From positions 1 through 63,979 of the forward strand of contig CAMAPH010000012.1 in assembly GCA_945859975.1 (NCBI GenBank): DNA of 63,979 bases, written 5' to 3'. Source of the stretch: Chthonomonas calidirosea. GTDB lineage: Bacteria; Armatimonadota; Fimbriimonadia; Fimbriimonadales; Fimbriimonadaceae. The translations under genes were made by a program, and so were the position numbers. Below, one piece after another: positions 27,811-38,200 of the stretch (positions within the stretch are counted from its first letter, which is position 1; each line of letters begins with the position of its first letter). A model generated the notes under the pieces. It was not told where the DNA came from. It saw only the letters and a program-made list of their open reading frames with translations, and made no database searches.

Positions 27811-28254
27811 ATGCCTGATTACGACGATCCTGAGATAGAAGAGCAGTGGTGCAACGAGCAGCGCGAAGCCGTTGCTGCGTATCTGCAAAAAGAGAAGGTT
27901 CCGTACAACGATATCGGCGAATGGCCAGCGTTTCACCTGGCTCCTTATCTTTCGCTTTGGGCAGTTGAAAGCAGCGAAGTCCTTGGCAGTATTGGGTGGT
28001 GGGCACTCTGCGGCGATGTTCCGTTGGACCATATTTCCGCCGCAGATATTGAGCCTCCTCAACATCCACGAAAAGCGCTTCGCGTTTTCTCCAAAAGCTG
28101 GCGTGAGATCGTGCGCGCTTGGGACGAGGGCAAAGAGCCAGCCAACGTTCGATTGGGGTCCGTAAAGGACCGAGAGGTTCTTGGTCCGCTTCTTACGACG
28201 CGCTCGAAATTTTTACTCGAGCTAGCCGAAGATGATGAGCTCTGGGAAGAGTGA
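27811..28254 (+). CDS. DUF4826 family protein
   Basis: PAFHLAPYLSLWAVES, WWALCGDVPLDH, LAEDDELW. Confidence 0.85.
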   Translation: MPDYDDPEIEEQWCNEQREAVAAYLQKEKVPYNDIGEWPAFHLAPYLSLWAVESSEVLGSIGWWALCGDVPLDHISAADIEPPQHPRKALRVFSKSWREIVRAWDEGKEPANVRLGSVKDREVLGPLLTTRSKFLLELAEDDELWEE

Positions 28255-28270
28255 GGCAGGCTCGATTGTA

Positions 28271-28984
28271 ATGCGGTGGAGTTTTCCTTGGGAGCGAAAG
28301 AGTGAAGAGGAGCGGATCGACGTCCTGTACGGGAAAGGAGAGGCGGCTCTGCAGAAAGGGAATACCAAGAAGGCACACCAAATCGCCAATGAATTGGCTG
28401 ATCTCCGAAACTCCGGCGCCTATGAGATTAAAGCCCGCGCACAGTGGCTGGAAGGTGATCGGAATGGGGCCATTCAGACCCTAGATCGCGGCGTTATTTC
28501 GTACCCTCAAGTTGCGCTTCTGTGGTCGTACTTGGGTGAGTTCTTGTCGAGTGAAAAGCGTTACGATGAAGCGATTCGGGCGTTCGAACGAACTCGCGAA
28601 GGTCTCGCCGGATCAAATGGATTCGCGGACATGAACATTGCGATCGTGCATCACCGAGCAGGCGACTATGAGCGTGCCCTCGAATTTTTGGATTGCGTTG
28701 ACGACGATCCACCTCGGTACAGGGTGCTCGATGTGCGTGCCTGCATTCTAGTGGATTCCGGCCGGTTCGAAGAAGCTAAGGAAGTGCTCGAAGAGCTGGA
28801 ATCACTTCAGGCTGTTCGCGTGTCAATCGAAGATCAAGCGCGTTGGATCTCGCTTCGTGCGCAGGTTGAACTTGCACAATCCAACAAAGCCCGTGCTCGT
28901 GAGCTGGCAAGGCAATGTCTGCGTTTAGATCGCACATGTTTTCGGGCGCACGAAGTCTTGAACCGGCTGGATTCGGAATCTTGA
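28271..28984 (+). CDS. Tetratricopeptide repeat protein
   Basis: TPR-like units (LWSYLGEFL...YDEAIRAFER; NIAIVHHRAGDYERALEFL). Confidence 0.8.
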   Translation: MRWSFPWERKSEEERIDVLYGKGEAALQKGNTKKAHQIANELADLRNSGAYEIKARAQWLEGDRNGAIQTLDRGVISYPQVALLWSYLGEFLSSEKRYDEAIRAFERTREGLAGSNGFADMNIAIVHHRAGDYERALEFLDCVDDDPPRYRVLDVRACILVDSGRFEEAKEVLEELESLQAVRVSIEDQARWISLRAQVELAQSNKARARELARQCLRLDRTCFRAHEVLNRLDSES

Positions 28985-29036
28985 TTTTTGCAGCTCGTAA
29001 GACTAAGTTTCGGTCCTTCGGGAATACTCAGCAGCA

Positions 29037-29780
29037 TTGAGGATCATTTCGCCGTTTCATGACTATTACGACACAGCGCTCGGGCTCGGGTACGACCCGT
29101 CGCAGATCTATCGTCGTGAGGTTGCGGTGAGAAATGTCCGGGCGGTGGACTTGGATTCGAAGATTTCCACGCTATTTTCAGAAGCGTGTCAGCCTTACCG
29201 ATTCGAGTCAAAGTTGGCGATCATCGGATTTTGTGGTCGTGTGTATCCCGTTTATCTTTTCCCGAACTTTATCCCTAGTCCGGAGTTGCTCTCTATAAAG
29301 CACCCGAAGAGCTTGGCTATGAGTCGAACGGAACTGAGTGCCTACCACAAAGAGTTGTACGGCTCAGATCGCGCCTGGTATGAGCGCAGTTACGGCAAGA
29401 AGACCTGGGACGTGCTGGACAAACAAGGGCTCCAAATTCGACAGGAAAGCTTCCAGCTTATAGAAGCTCCGATTTGGCTGGCGATAATGGGGGAGTACGA
29501 GTGGAATGAGGCGAAAATGATTCGAATCTATACCAATGTCAGATTGGCGAACTTCGAGTTCCAGAAGCATTTCGATGCCTTCACTGCCTTTCAGGAGGTC
29601 TCGATGTTCTTTGGGTCCGCCCTCGCGAAAACGGATGAAAGCGTACGCACGGTCGGGAGTGACGAAGTCATTGCGGCTCAGAAAGGTTTTGGCCCCGAGA
29701 GTTTTCGGACCAACGCTCCGAGCATAAAGAAGTCCCGCCGAAAGGAGAACCGTGCGAGAAAGAAGGGTGAAGGGAACTGA
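29037..29780 (+). CDS. Hypothetical protein
   Basis: 247-aa ORF with TTG start; MRIISPFHDYYD, IIGFCGRVYP, FTAFQEVSMFFG, KGF..ESFR. Confidence 0.75.
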   Translation: MRIISPFHDYYDTALGLGYDPSQIYRREVAVRNVRAVDLDSKISTLFSEACQPYRFESKLAIIGFCGRVYPVYLFPNFIPSPELLSIKHPKSLAMSRTELSAYHKELYGSDRAWYERSYGKKTWDVLDKQGLQIRQESFQLIEAPIWLAIMGEYEWNEAKMIRIYTNVRLANFEFQKHFDAFTAFQEVSMFFGSALAKTDESVRTVGSDEVIAAQKGFGPESFRTNAPSIKKSRRKENRARKKGEGN

Positions 29781-29793
29781 TCCTAAGTTTAAG

Positions 29794-30183
29794 ATGGCAA
29801 CTGAATTTGAAGAACTGTACAAACATATCAGGCGTGGCCGGATCGAGAAAGTTCAAGAGTTCCTGGCAAATGGCGGCGAGCCGAACTTGCGTAATGGCTG
29901 GACAATTCTGATGGTGGCAGCCCACTTTGGGAACACGCCGATCCTTACGCTTTTGCTCGATCATGGTGCTTCTATTGATACGGAAGGCCGAACGGAAGGT
30001 CTAACCGCCCTCGCAATGGCGGCTAGCCAGTGCAAAAGGAAATGCGTTAGCCTTTTGCTTGAGCGTGGTGCAAACCCGAACGTACGACCGCATGGTCTGC
30101 CGCTTTCCACCTACATTCAGTACTGCGGTGGGCCTTATCCTAACGTTGACAAGCTGTTGGCTGCCTTCACTCCGAGCGAGTAA
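29794..30183 (+). CDS. Small ankyrin repeat protein
   Basis: GWTILMVAAHFGN, LLLDHGASID, GLTALAMAA, LLLERGANPN. Confidence 0.88.
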   Translation: MATEFEELYKHIRRGRIEKVQEFLANGGEPNLRNGWTILMVAAHFGNTPILTLLLDHGASIDTEGRTEGLTALAMAASQCKRKCVSLLLERGANPNVRPHGLPLSTYIQYCGGPYPNVDKLLAAFTPSE

Positions 30184-30244
30184 TGAACGATTGAGTGGTG
30201 GCCACTTACCGAATTCTAGCGGGTCTCCAAAATTCACGGAAACT

Positions 30245-31045
30245 TCAGTCGGTCAACTTGAGCTCATCGGTTGTGACTGGACATGCGGGTAAGTACTTAC
30301 TGGCTTCGATCAGTTCTAGATCGCCCGAGTCTTGAATCAATTCACGCAGAATCTTTGCGTGGCCAGAGCCATAGATGATGAGCACACGGTCTCCCTTGGC
30401 AATTCCTTTGCGCAGGTTGCCATAAATTCGAGCATTGCGTTTGTACCAGTCACCGAGAACGTCGGCGCCAGGATGTTCGCTGCCGTCGGTGACGTCGCAA
30501 AGGGAAACATAGAATTGGTGGGACTGCTTAATGAAGCCTGGGTTATTGTGGATTGCCAGCAGGGCACCAACCGAGTACTTTGAGTCCCATTCTTCAAACT
30601 TGGCCCCAATCTGCTGGATCTGGGCGCCAAACTTTTGTCCTCGTGCCGGCTCCTTCGCCTGCATGAAACCCATTAGTCGCCCGAAGTCCAGGTCCAATTG
30701 ACTATCTATTGGCAAGAGGGTATCAAGCCGGCCCTGCGCCGCGAGGCGATAGCCTATTTGCTCGATTTCATTCATGCCTAGATCATAGGTCCCGCCACGG
30801 TACGCGGCCAGATTGCTGTTGAGTTTGGCGGCGTTCTCCGGTTTCGATTCAACGGCAATTTTGGTAGGGCGAAAGACGCTTAATCGCTTTACAAGCTCGG
30901 CGATCTCCTTTTGTCGGGTTGCAGACATCGTGTCACGTAGACGAGTTTTAACCGCATCGCGACCCGGATTTGCGAAATGGTAGGTTCCGAGAACCATAAC
31001 TTGAGCGAAGGGGACCACGGCGATGGCACAAAGCATGGCGTTCAT
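30245..31045 (-). CDS. DUF5694 family protein
   Basis: VMVLGTYHFANPGRD, FRPTKIAVE, NEIEQIGYRLA, WYKRNARIYGN, RVLIIYGSGH. Confidence 0.85.
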   Translation of the reverse strand: MNAMLCAIAVVPFAQVMVLGTYHFANPGRDAVKTRLRDTMSATRQKEIAELVKRLSVFRPTKIAVESKPENAAKLNSNLAAYRGGTYDLGMNEIEQIGYRLAAQGRLDTLLPIDSQLDLDFGRLMGFMQAKEPARGQKFGAQIQQIGAKFEEWDSKYSVGALLAIHNNPGFIKQSHQFYVSLCDVTDGSEHPGADVLGDWYKRNARIYGNLRKGIAKGDRVLIIYGSGHAKILRELIQDSGDLELIEASKYLPACPVTTDELKLTD

Positions 31046-31288
31046 TCTGCCTTCTAACGTTTGCAAACGCCATCTGGGCCCAGGACCGGATCAGAGATGA
31101 TTGTGGACAATCGGCTCGGCCGATGCGGAAAGTTGGTGAGGTGATTTAAGCAAGGGAGGAAGCGTTACGGAACCTAAATCGTGTACTTAGAAAGGTTGGC
31201 AAGGGCCGCGGCTGTGGCCCCGAAACGATTCCCGAACCGAGAAGTTTTCGTTCGGCTGGGTGCTCGCAGATGGCAAAGCCGGACCGAT

Positions 31289-31915
31289 TTATGGAGCCAA
31301 TCTATCAATGTGCTTGTTTGTTTGGGTTGGAGACACGACGATATTTGTGACTCCGTGGCTGTAGATTTCAATTTTGTGCGGCGGTTCCGTACCAGGATAT
31401 TGAGTAAAGAACGTTGACCCATGCTCCCGGCTTTCGGTCCAGTCGGTATCGAGGCGTTCGCGATACCAACTGACCACTTTGCGGATCGGATCAGTGCACT
31501 CGATTGGGGTGTGTAAGTTTGCGCGGTAGGTTTTGCTAACTTTGCAGCTTGGAGGCAGCGCTCCCTTTCCGTACGCTAACGCGACCCGTTCGGCATCCGC
31601 CATCCAAATCGAGTTTTGAACCTCGTCGGCTACAAGAAAGAGTACGGCTGTCGCAAATGGCCATATCCAAATCGCGGTTGAGATTCCTCGCTTTAGGTTC
31701 CAAGGCTCCTTGTAGGGAAAGAACCAAACAACGACGGCCATAATCACGGTGAACCACATGATCGTAGCAAGGCCTAGTGGACCGCCAAGCCACATTAGCG
31801 TGTTCGAACCACAGTATCCGCAATAGTCCAGAAATAGCCCGACGAGTACTAGCCGTATGATACGCTCCAGTTGTTGAAGGCGCTGAACCTCTGGAAGATC
31901 CGTTTCAGTGTTCAT
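31289..31915 (-). CDS. Hypothetical membrane protein
   Basis: Three N-terminal TM-like segments and a soluble C-terminal part. Confidence 0.65.
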   Translation of the reverse strand: MNTETDLPEVQRLQQLERIIRLVLVGLFLDYCGYCGSNTLMWLGGPLGLATIMWFTVIMAVVVWFFPYKEPWNLKRGISTAIWIWPFATAVLFLVADEVQNSIWMADAERVALAYGKGALPPSCKVSKTYRANLHTPIECTDPIRKVVSWYRERLDTDWTESREHGSTFFTQYPGTEPPHKIEIYSHGVTNIVVSPTQTNKHIDRLAP

Positions 31916-32158
31916 GTTTGGCGTTTTCCACTTTTACGTTAGCTAGGCTCAATCTTACGGTAATTATGGCCGTCCGGCTTTCAATCGGGATTTAGACTCT
32001 ACTGACCGAGTAGGCGGTACGGCGGTAGCATCATCATGGACTTCACCATCACACGGGTCGATTCTGAGCGACATCCGATCTGCCATCAGCTGAAGGCAAC
32101 ATAGCACTAAGGTCCAGGTCATGCAACCCGGGTTGGGCCGAACTGGTATGACTACGCG

Positions 32159-32908
32159 ATGGGTGCGATGTATTGGGTGCGGCTGTCTCGGCGGCTGCCG
32201 GGGGTTGTGCGTCAGCAAGAGCTAGCAAATCTTGAGGCGTTGATCGATGCGGAAGAAAATCGAGAGCCGGCCCGGAACCTGTTCATTCTCTCCTGTGCGA
32301 TTCCGGCCGGAATTGCTACCTTCGGTGGCCTGAGCGTTTTTGCGGCTTGGGTAACGGGCAATAGGGGACTGCCCCTGCTTATCGGTAGCGTGGCTACGGC
32401 CGTACTCGCTGCCGCAGCTTGGTTCATTTTCTACCGGCTTTACCGCGCCATTCCGCCGGCCCAACGACACCTGCGCGACCTGATTCTGAAATTTGGGCAG
32501 GGGTACACGAGTTTTGGGAACGTCGTTTCCGGGGATATGGCCCTTTCCGAACCGTTCGCCACGCTACTAGACGAGGCGGCTGGAATCTACATGCGACACT
32601 GCTCGGCTAAGGCCGACGACCAATCGGAGCCTTCCAACAAGGCGATGAAAGCGATTGAAGAAGCCATGACCAAGCTCATGGAAGTCGCGGTGCAAAAGGA
32701 GCATGCCGTCCACAATCGAGCCTTGGCATGGGCGCAGCCGATGCTAGAAGAACTCCGCCTCTTGGATAAATCCCTTTTGGAGCACGCGATCGCCGTAGAT
32801 CGAGAAGCATTCGCCGATCCTTTGGCAAACCTACGGGGCGCCCGTGCCGAACTCGAAACGGGCGCGAAAGCCGCAGAAGAGCTGGACCAGCACTTAGGGG
32901 CGCGTTAA
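32159..32908 (+). CDS. Hypothetical protein with two TM segments and a helical C-terminus
   Basis: 249-aa ORF with coding-like composition. Confidence 0.7.
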   Translation: MGAMYWVRLSRRLPGVVRQQELANLEALIDAEENREPARNLFILSCAIPAGIATFGGLSVFAAWVTGNRGLPLLIGSVATAVLAAAAWFIFYRLYRAIPPAQRHLRDLILKFGQGYTSFGNVVSGDMALSEPFATLLDEAAGIYMRHCSAKADDQSEPSNKAMKAIEEAMTKLMEVAVQKEHAVHNRALAWAQPMLEELRLLDKSLLEHAIAVDREAFADPLANLRGARAELETGAKAAEELDQHLGAR

Positions 32909-32918
32909 CCTACGGTAG

Positions 32919-32945
32919 CGGTCTGCGAAGTGCTTTCGCAGACCG
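32919..32945. terminator. Hairpin between convergent genes
   Basis: CGGTCTGCGAA/TTCGCAGACCG 11-bp stem. Confidence 0.6.
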
Positions 32946-32952
32946 AGAGGAT

Positions 32953-33897
32953 TTACTTCTTGATGTATCCGCGCATGCGGAGCCATGAGGCGAAGTTTTC
33001 GAACCAGCCGGTGCTGGTCGTTTCCTTCGGATACATTCCAAAGCCGTGGCCACCTTGCTCGTAGTAGTGGAATTCGACCGGTTTCTTGGCTGCTTTCCAG
33101 CTTTCGATCAGTCCGAAACCTGCGTTGGCAAAGAGTGGATCGTCTACCGCGAGGGCAATGAAGAGCGGCGGCGCGTTGTCGGGCACCTTCATGGCATTGA
33201 GCGGTCCGTAGATGTCGCCAATGAACGCTGGGTTAGCGCCCTTGCCGTACAGCGTGGTGGACATGGTGAGCATTGCGCCGGCGGAGAAACCGATCATTCC
33301 GACCTTGGTTGGGTCGATGTTCCACTCTTTCGCCCGAGATCGGACGAGGGCGAATGCGGCGGATGCGTCGGCGATTTGTGGCGCGTAGGCAACGGCGGCT
33401 TCGTCCGTTCCGGGGCGTCGCGGCGGCCTTGGCTGCGTTGGATTTGCAAATTCTTCCAAGCTCGCAGCGGTTTGGTTGAGTCGGTACTTCAAAACAAACG
33501 CGGCAACGCCCTTCTTGTTGAGCGCTTTCGCGACATCCCAACCTTCGTTCTGCATCGAAAGGGTTCGGAATCCGCCGCCAGGGGCAACAATCACGGCCGC
33601 TCCGGTGGCTTTGCCCTTTGGCGGAAGGAATGGCGTGAGCGTGGCTACGGTGACGTTTCGAGCAAACACGCTGCCGTATTGCGAGTGCCAAGATTCCTCA
33701 ACGGTGGCGCCAGGCAAGGCACCGGTCCCAAGGACGATTGCGGTTGGCTGCTTAGGAATCGCAATCGGGGTCATTTTGTCGTTCTGCGCGAATGCAGACA
33801 TCGGGAGCGTCAGTAAGCAACAGATGAGAGCAGTCGTGGTCGATGCGATAGCGTTGCGAAATGTCTTTCGCTGCTTCTCGATGTGAAAAATCGTCAT
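32953..33897 (-). CDS. Alpha/beta hydrolase (carbohydrate esterase-like), exported
   Basis: APGGGF, FVLKYRL, GFSAGA, GGHGFG. Confidence 0.88.
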   Translation of the reverse strand: MTIFHIEKQRKTFRNAIASTTTALICCLLTLPMSAFAQNDKMTPIAIPKQPTAIVLGTGALPGATVEESWHSQYGSVFARNVTVATLTPFLPPKGKATGAAVIVAPGGGFRTLSMQNEGWDVAKALNKKGVAAFVLKYRLNQTAASLEEFANPTQPRPPRRPGTDEAAVAYAPQIADASAAFALVRSRAKEWNIDPTKVGMIGFSAGAMLTMSTTLYGKGANPAFIGDIYGPLNAMKVPDNAPPLFIALAVDDPLFANAGFGLIESWKAAKKPVEFHYYEQGGHGFGMYPKETTSTGWFENFASWLRMRGYIKK

Positions 33898-34176
33898 TGG
33901 GTTTTCCTGTGGGAGACGTTTGGCAGCAACGTTCGACCGTCGCGCCAATCGGGCAAGCATGCAAGCTTGTCCTTCGTTCGTCGGATTATATTACGGTAAA
34001 TAAAGAAAACTCAGCAAGCTGGCGAATTCGGGGCTTCCTCGCGCTGAGGCGAGGTTCAGGTTCTGCCCAGGTAGGTCTTGTGCTCACCCCGAGACAAGAG
34101 GATGGTTTCACCCAAAGAATGGCCTTCACGCTGACCTCTAGATTCTCAACTTCTGCCCTACAATAGGCCGGACAAC

Positions 34177-34737
34177 ATGATCGTAAAGGCCCTTGACCCG
34201 GAAACTTGGCCCGCATATGCGCGGCTAATCGAAGAGCACAATGGCGTTTGGGGTGGCTGTTGGTGCCTTGGGTTTCATCAAAAAGGCACCGGATCGTTCG
34301 AGCAGAACCGAGACGTGAAGCATCAACTTGTGTGTGAAGGCAAGTCTAAAGCCGCGGTCGTCTTCGATGGCGACAATGCTATTGGTTGGTGCAACTACGG
34401 TCGCCGTGAACTCTTACCAAGAATCAAACACAAGAAGCGCTACGCCACCGTAGTTCAAGAAGAAGCAGATTGGCGGATCACCTGCTTCTTCATCGACCGC
34501 GATTATCGTGGCCGTGGGATAGCGCAAATTGCCCTCAATGGTGCACTGGAACTGATCGCGCTAGAAGGCGGAGGGCTGGTTGAAAGCTTTCCCGAAGATG
34601 CAAGCGGAAGGAAGACTTCGGGTGCTTTTCTGTACAACGCTACGCTATCAATATTTGATCGAGCCGGATTCGACCGGATCGAAAAAATCGGGATGCACCA
34701 TTGGCTTGTCACCAAGCAGGTGAATGCCCAGGCGTAG
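34177..34737 (+). CDS. GNAT family N-acetyltransferase
   Basis: GGCWC, WRITCFFIDRDYRGRGIA, F..AGF. Confidence 0.88.
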   Translation: MIVKALDPETWPAYARLIEEHNGVWGGCWCLGFHQKGTGSFEQNRDVKHQLVCEGKSKAAVVFDGDNAIGWCNYGRRELLPRIKHKKRYATVVQEEADWRITCFFIDRDYRGRGIAQIALNGALELIALEGGGLVESFPEDASGRKTSGAFLYNATLSIFDRAGFDRIEKIGMHHWLVTKQVNAQA

Positions 34738-34782
34738 GTCCATTTCGAGATCCCAAAGCACCTTGACGGGTACATACCGATC

Positions 34783-35631
34783 GTGAACTTCAAGTTCCTC
34801 GTCGCAACTCTTCTTGTACTGAGCGCAGTCCCGAGCTTCGCGCACGCGGAAGATCAATTTTTTGACTCTGGCGGAGTGAAGATTCGTTACGTCACCGAGG
34901 GCGAAGGGGAAGCAGTCGTTTTGATCCATGGCTGGATGAGCGATGTGACGATGTGGGGGCCGAAACTCTCGCCGCTGGCCGGCTTCAAGCTCATCGCACT
35001 AGATGTCCGCGGTCATGGCAAGAGCGATAAGCCACACGATCCGCGCAAGTACGGCGCCGAGATGGCCGCCGACGTTGTGCGCCTGTTGGATCATCTCAAA
35101 ATCAAAAGGGCTCACTTGGTTGGCTATTCGATGGGTGCTTTCATTGCTGGTAAGGTCGCTGCGACCCAACCGAAGCGCGTACTCAGCCTCGTTTATGGCG
35201 GCCAAGCCCCGCTCCTCGCCGGCGAAGCGGGGGCGAAAGAGATTGACGTTTTTGCCAAGGCGGTTGAGGACGGAAAAGGGCTGGCTCCGTACCTCATGTA
35301 TGTTCGGCCCGAACTGAACGAAAAGACGGCTGAAGCATTCGCCAAGATTGCGTACGACGGGAAAGACGTAAAAGCGTGGGCGGTTGCGGGCAAGAGCTTT
35401 AAAGGGCTGGAAGTGAAATCACGGGATCTCAAACGGTGCAAGGCTCCGACCCTCTTCATCCATGGTGACAAGGAAGCGGAATCCACAAAGTCGCGCGTTG
35501 CATTCCTGGTTAAGGAATTGCCGTGGTCCACGCTAAAGGTTATAGATGGCGCGGACCACGTTACTACGTTGGCAAAGCCGGCATTCGGCACTGCGCTTGT
35601 GCAGTTTCTCCTCGCGAACAAGTCGAAATAG
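34783..35631 (+). CDS. Alpha/beta fold hydrolase, exported
   Basis: LIHGW, DVRGHGKSDKP, GYSMGA, GADH. Confidence 0.9.
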   Translation: MNFKFLVATLLVLSAVPSFAHAEDQFFDSGGVKIRYVTEGEGEAVVLIHGWMSDVTMWGPKLSPLAGFKLIALDVRGHGKSDKPHDPRKYGAEMAADVVRLLDHLKIKRAHLVGYSMGAFIAGKVAATQPKRVLSLVYGGQAPLLAGEAGAKEIDVFAKAVEDGKGLAPYLMYVRPELNEKTAEAFAKIAYDGKDVKAWAVAGKSFKGLEVKSRDLKRCKAPTLFIHGDKEAESTKSRVAFLVKELPWSTLKVIDGADHVTTLAKPAFGTALVQFLLANKSK

Positions 35632-35640
35632 TTGAGATCG

Positions 35641-36117
35641 TTAGCCTTTTCTAGCGGCTTCGATCGCGGCGATATCGATCTTGGTCATCGACATCATTGC
35701 CTGGAAGGCTCGAGCGGCTTCTTCACCACCGGCCGCCATGGCGTCGCTTAGTGCGCTCGGGGTGATTTGCCAAGAAAGTCCCCATTTGTCCTTGCACCAG
35801 CCGCACTGGCTCTCTTCGCCGCCATTGCCAACAATCGCATCCCAATATCGGTCGGTTTCTTCTTGGTCCTCGGTTGAAACCTGAAACGAGAACGCCTCCG
35901 AGTGCTTAAATGCTGGCCCGCCATTTAGCCCGAGACAAGGAATACCGAGCACGGTGAACTCGACGGTGAGCACATCGCCCTTTTTGCCGCTCGGGTAGTC
36001 CCCGGGGGCCTCGTTCACCGAGATGACGTGGCTGTCCGGAAAGGTTGCGGCATAAAATTCGGCTGCTTCTTTCGCGTCTTTTTCGAACCAAAGACAAATG
36101 ACATTTTTCGATTTCAT
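35641..36117 (-). CDS. VOC family protein (PhnB / 3-demethylubiquinone-9 methyltransferase-like)
   Basis: CLWF...AAEFY, LNGGPAFKHSEAFSFQV, CGWCKDKWGLSWQI, MTKIDIA. Confidence 0.92.
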   Translation of the reverse strand: MKSKNVICLWFEKDAKEAAEFYAATFPDSHVISVNEAPGDYPSGKKGDVLTVEFTVLGIPCLGLNGGPAFKHSEAFSFQVSTEDQEETDRYWDAIVGNGGEESQCGWCKDKWGLSWQITPSALSDAMAAGGEEAARAFQAMMSMTKIDIAAIEAARKG

Positions 36118-36279
36118 GATCGTGATTTCCGGTTTCAGTGGTTGCGCACAGTTTAGAGGCGCGATTGGAGCGTACCGTCTGCGATCGCAGAAAACGTTGA
36201 CCATGTGATATGTTCGGCAAACGCTTGATGTGTGTCGTCTTAACGTCCTCCTAACTCGACATAGGTACGATGCCCGGCA

Positions 36280-38124
36280 ATGTTCGCCGTCGCCATGCTT
36301 GCCATCGCTACCTCGGCTCCGTTCCACGACGGTCCGGACCCGCGAGTTGCGTTTGACCTTCAGCCTCGCTACCTCCAAAACGGCGTCTTGAAGGCGCGGC
36401 TCGGACCCGACGCAAGAGTTTCCGGAAAGCCGACCGAGGCAAAAACGCCCCTCGGACAGTGCCTGAAGTTGGACGGCAAGCAGGACGGATTTGTCATTGC
36501 CGACAATTTCCGAGATCACGCCGCGTTGATGCCGAAGCAAAAGTTCACGGTTGAGGCTTGGGCTAGCGTGAGCATGGGACAGTCGTACGGCTCCTTCATG
36601 AGCGTGCTCCAAGACAACGGCAACTTTGAAAAGGGCTGGGTGCTTGGCCACAACGACAAGAGCTTCACCTTCGCTCTCAGCACAACCGGAGCCGACGATG
36701 GCGACGGCAAGATGACCTATCTGAAGGGCAAGACCGAGTTTACAATTGGAAAGATATATCACATCGTCGGCACGTTCGATGGTGCGAAGATGCGGCTTTT
36801 CGTCAACGGTGTTTTGGACGGCGAGTCCGTCGAACAGTCCGGCGAAGTTCTTTATCCGGAAAAGGCACCTTGGACGCTTGGAGTGTACAAAGACGACGAC
36901 GAGGACTTTCCCCTGGCTGGCCGAATGGTACAGGTTGCGATGTACGACCTGGTTGCTACCGAAGAAGGGGTTAAGCATCTGTTCTCGCACAAGAAGGAAC
37001 TTGCCGATGCTGCGCCAGAGGTTCCGCAGGCCGCCGAGTTCGACTGGGTGGTGAAGCCGTACCAACAGCTCCCGCTGCAAACTGGGATCTCCATTCTGTG
37101 GGAAACCTCCCGGCCGGGGACATCAGTAGTCCACGTTGGGCAAAACAAGAACAGCTTGAAGCCTGTTTCGGGCGGTATCGAAACGAATCCGCAAACCTTG
37201 ATCCACAAGGTGCATCTCACCGGGCTGAAGCCAGATAGCCACTACGTTTACAAGGTCGAGAGCACGGACGCCGCCGGGAAGAAGCTGGAGTCTGGGCTTT
37301 TGACCTTCAAGACCGCGCCGGAAGCGGATCGCGCGATCCGGTTCACCATCCTTGGCGATACGCAAGATCAGCCGAAGGTCAACAACCGCATTGCCGAACA
37401 CATGTGGAACGAGCGGCCGGACTTCTTCATGATCGTCGGGGACCTAGTCGGGACCGGCGCAAACAAGATGCACTGGACCGATCACTTCTTCGGTTCGATG
37501 CGCCCCTTGTTTGATCGGGTTCCGCTCATTCCCGTCCTCGGAAACCACGAGGGCGATGCGCGTTTGTACTACGACTACATGCACGTTCCGGCGCCGGAGT
37601 ACTGGTATCAGTTCAAATACGGACCTGCAGAGTTCTTCGTCGTTGACTCGAACCGAGACGTGAAAGAGGGAAGCGAACAGTACAAATGGCTCGAAGCCGC
37701 CCTCGCAAAAAGCAAATCAAAGTGGAAGTTCGTTGCCCACCACCACCCGCCGTACAGTAGCGATGAAGACGACTTTGGCAACCTTTGGGAAGGGCAGTCA
37801 ACCCGTGGCGACCAGCGGCTCCAAGACATGGTGAAGCTGTATGAAAAGTACAAAGTTGACGTCGTCTGGACCGGGCACATTCACTCGTACGAGCGCACTT
37901 GGCCGATTCTAAAGAACCGCGCCTCCGAGAAAGGGCCGGTTTACATCGTCTGTGGTGGCGGCGGCGGTGGGCTCGAAACTCACGGACCGACGCGGCCGGA
38001 GTTCAGCAACCGAATTCGACATGGACATCACTACTGCGTGGTCAGCATCAATGGCAACACGTTCGAAATGAGCGCCTTTGACATCGAACGTCGTCAATTC
38101 GACGGGCTGAAGATCAAGAAATAG
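36280..38124 (+). CDS. LamG + FN3 + purple acid phosphatase-like metallophosphoesterase
   Basis: LamG YHIVGTFDG..MRLFVNG; GDTQ, GDLV, GNHE, HHPPY, GHIHSYER. Confidence 0.9.
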   Translation: MFAVAMLAIATSAPFHDGPDPRVAFDLQPRYLQNGVLKARLGPDARVSGKPTEAKTPLGQCLKLDGKQDGFVIADNFRDHAALMPKQKFTVEAWASVSMGQSYGSFMSVLQDNGNFEKGWVLGHNDKSFTFALSTTGADDGDGKMTYLKGKTEFTIGKIYHIVGTFDGAKMRLFVNGVLDGESVEQSGEVLYPEKAPWTLGVYKDDDEDFPLAGRMVQVAMYDLVATEEGVKHLFSHKKELADAAPEVPQAAEFDWVVKPYQQLPLQTGISILWETSRPGTSVVHVGQNKNSLKPVSGGIETNPQTLIHKVHLTGLKPDSHYVYKVESTDAAGKKLESGLLTFKTAPEADRAIRFTILGDTQDQPKVNNRIAEHMWNERPDFFMIVGDLVGTGANKMHWTDHFFGSMRPLFDRVPLIPVLGNHEGDARLYYDYMHVPAPEYWYQFKYGPAEFFVVDSNRDVKEGSEQYKWLEAALAKSKSKWKFVAHHHPPYSSDEDDFGNLWEGQSTRGDQRLQDMVKLYEKYKVDVVWTGHIHSYERTWPILKNRASEKGPVYIVCGGGGGGLETHGPTRPEFSNRIRHGHHYCVVSINGNTFEMSAFDIERRQFDGLKIKK

Positions 38125-38200
38125 ACTTGCCAGCTTAGGTCGTTAGTCCACGCTTCGCTCGCTTCAATATGATCCTCGGATACATTGAGGCGAGCAACCT

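Noticed and set aside
32036..32104. 22-aa ORF MDFTITRVDSERHPICHQLKAT after a TAGCAT box
   Set aside because: Too short, with no recognisable similarity
35641..37080. 479-aa minus-strand ORF suggesting a large fusion
   Set aside because: Only the last 158 aa (from ATG 36117) match the VOC family; the rest is antisense to the metallophosphoesterase gene
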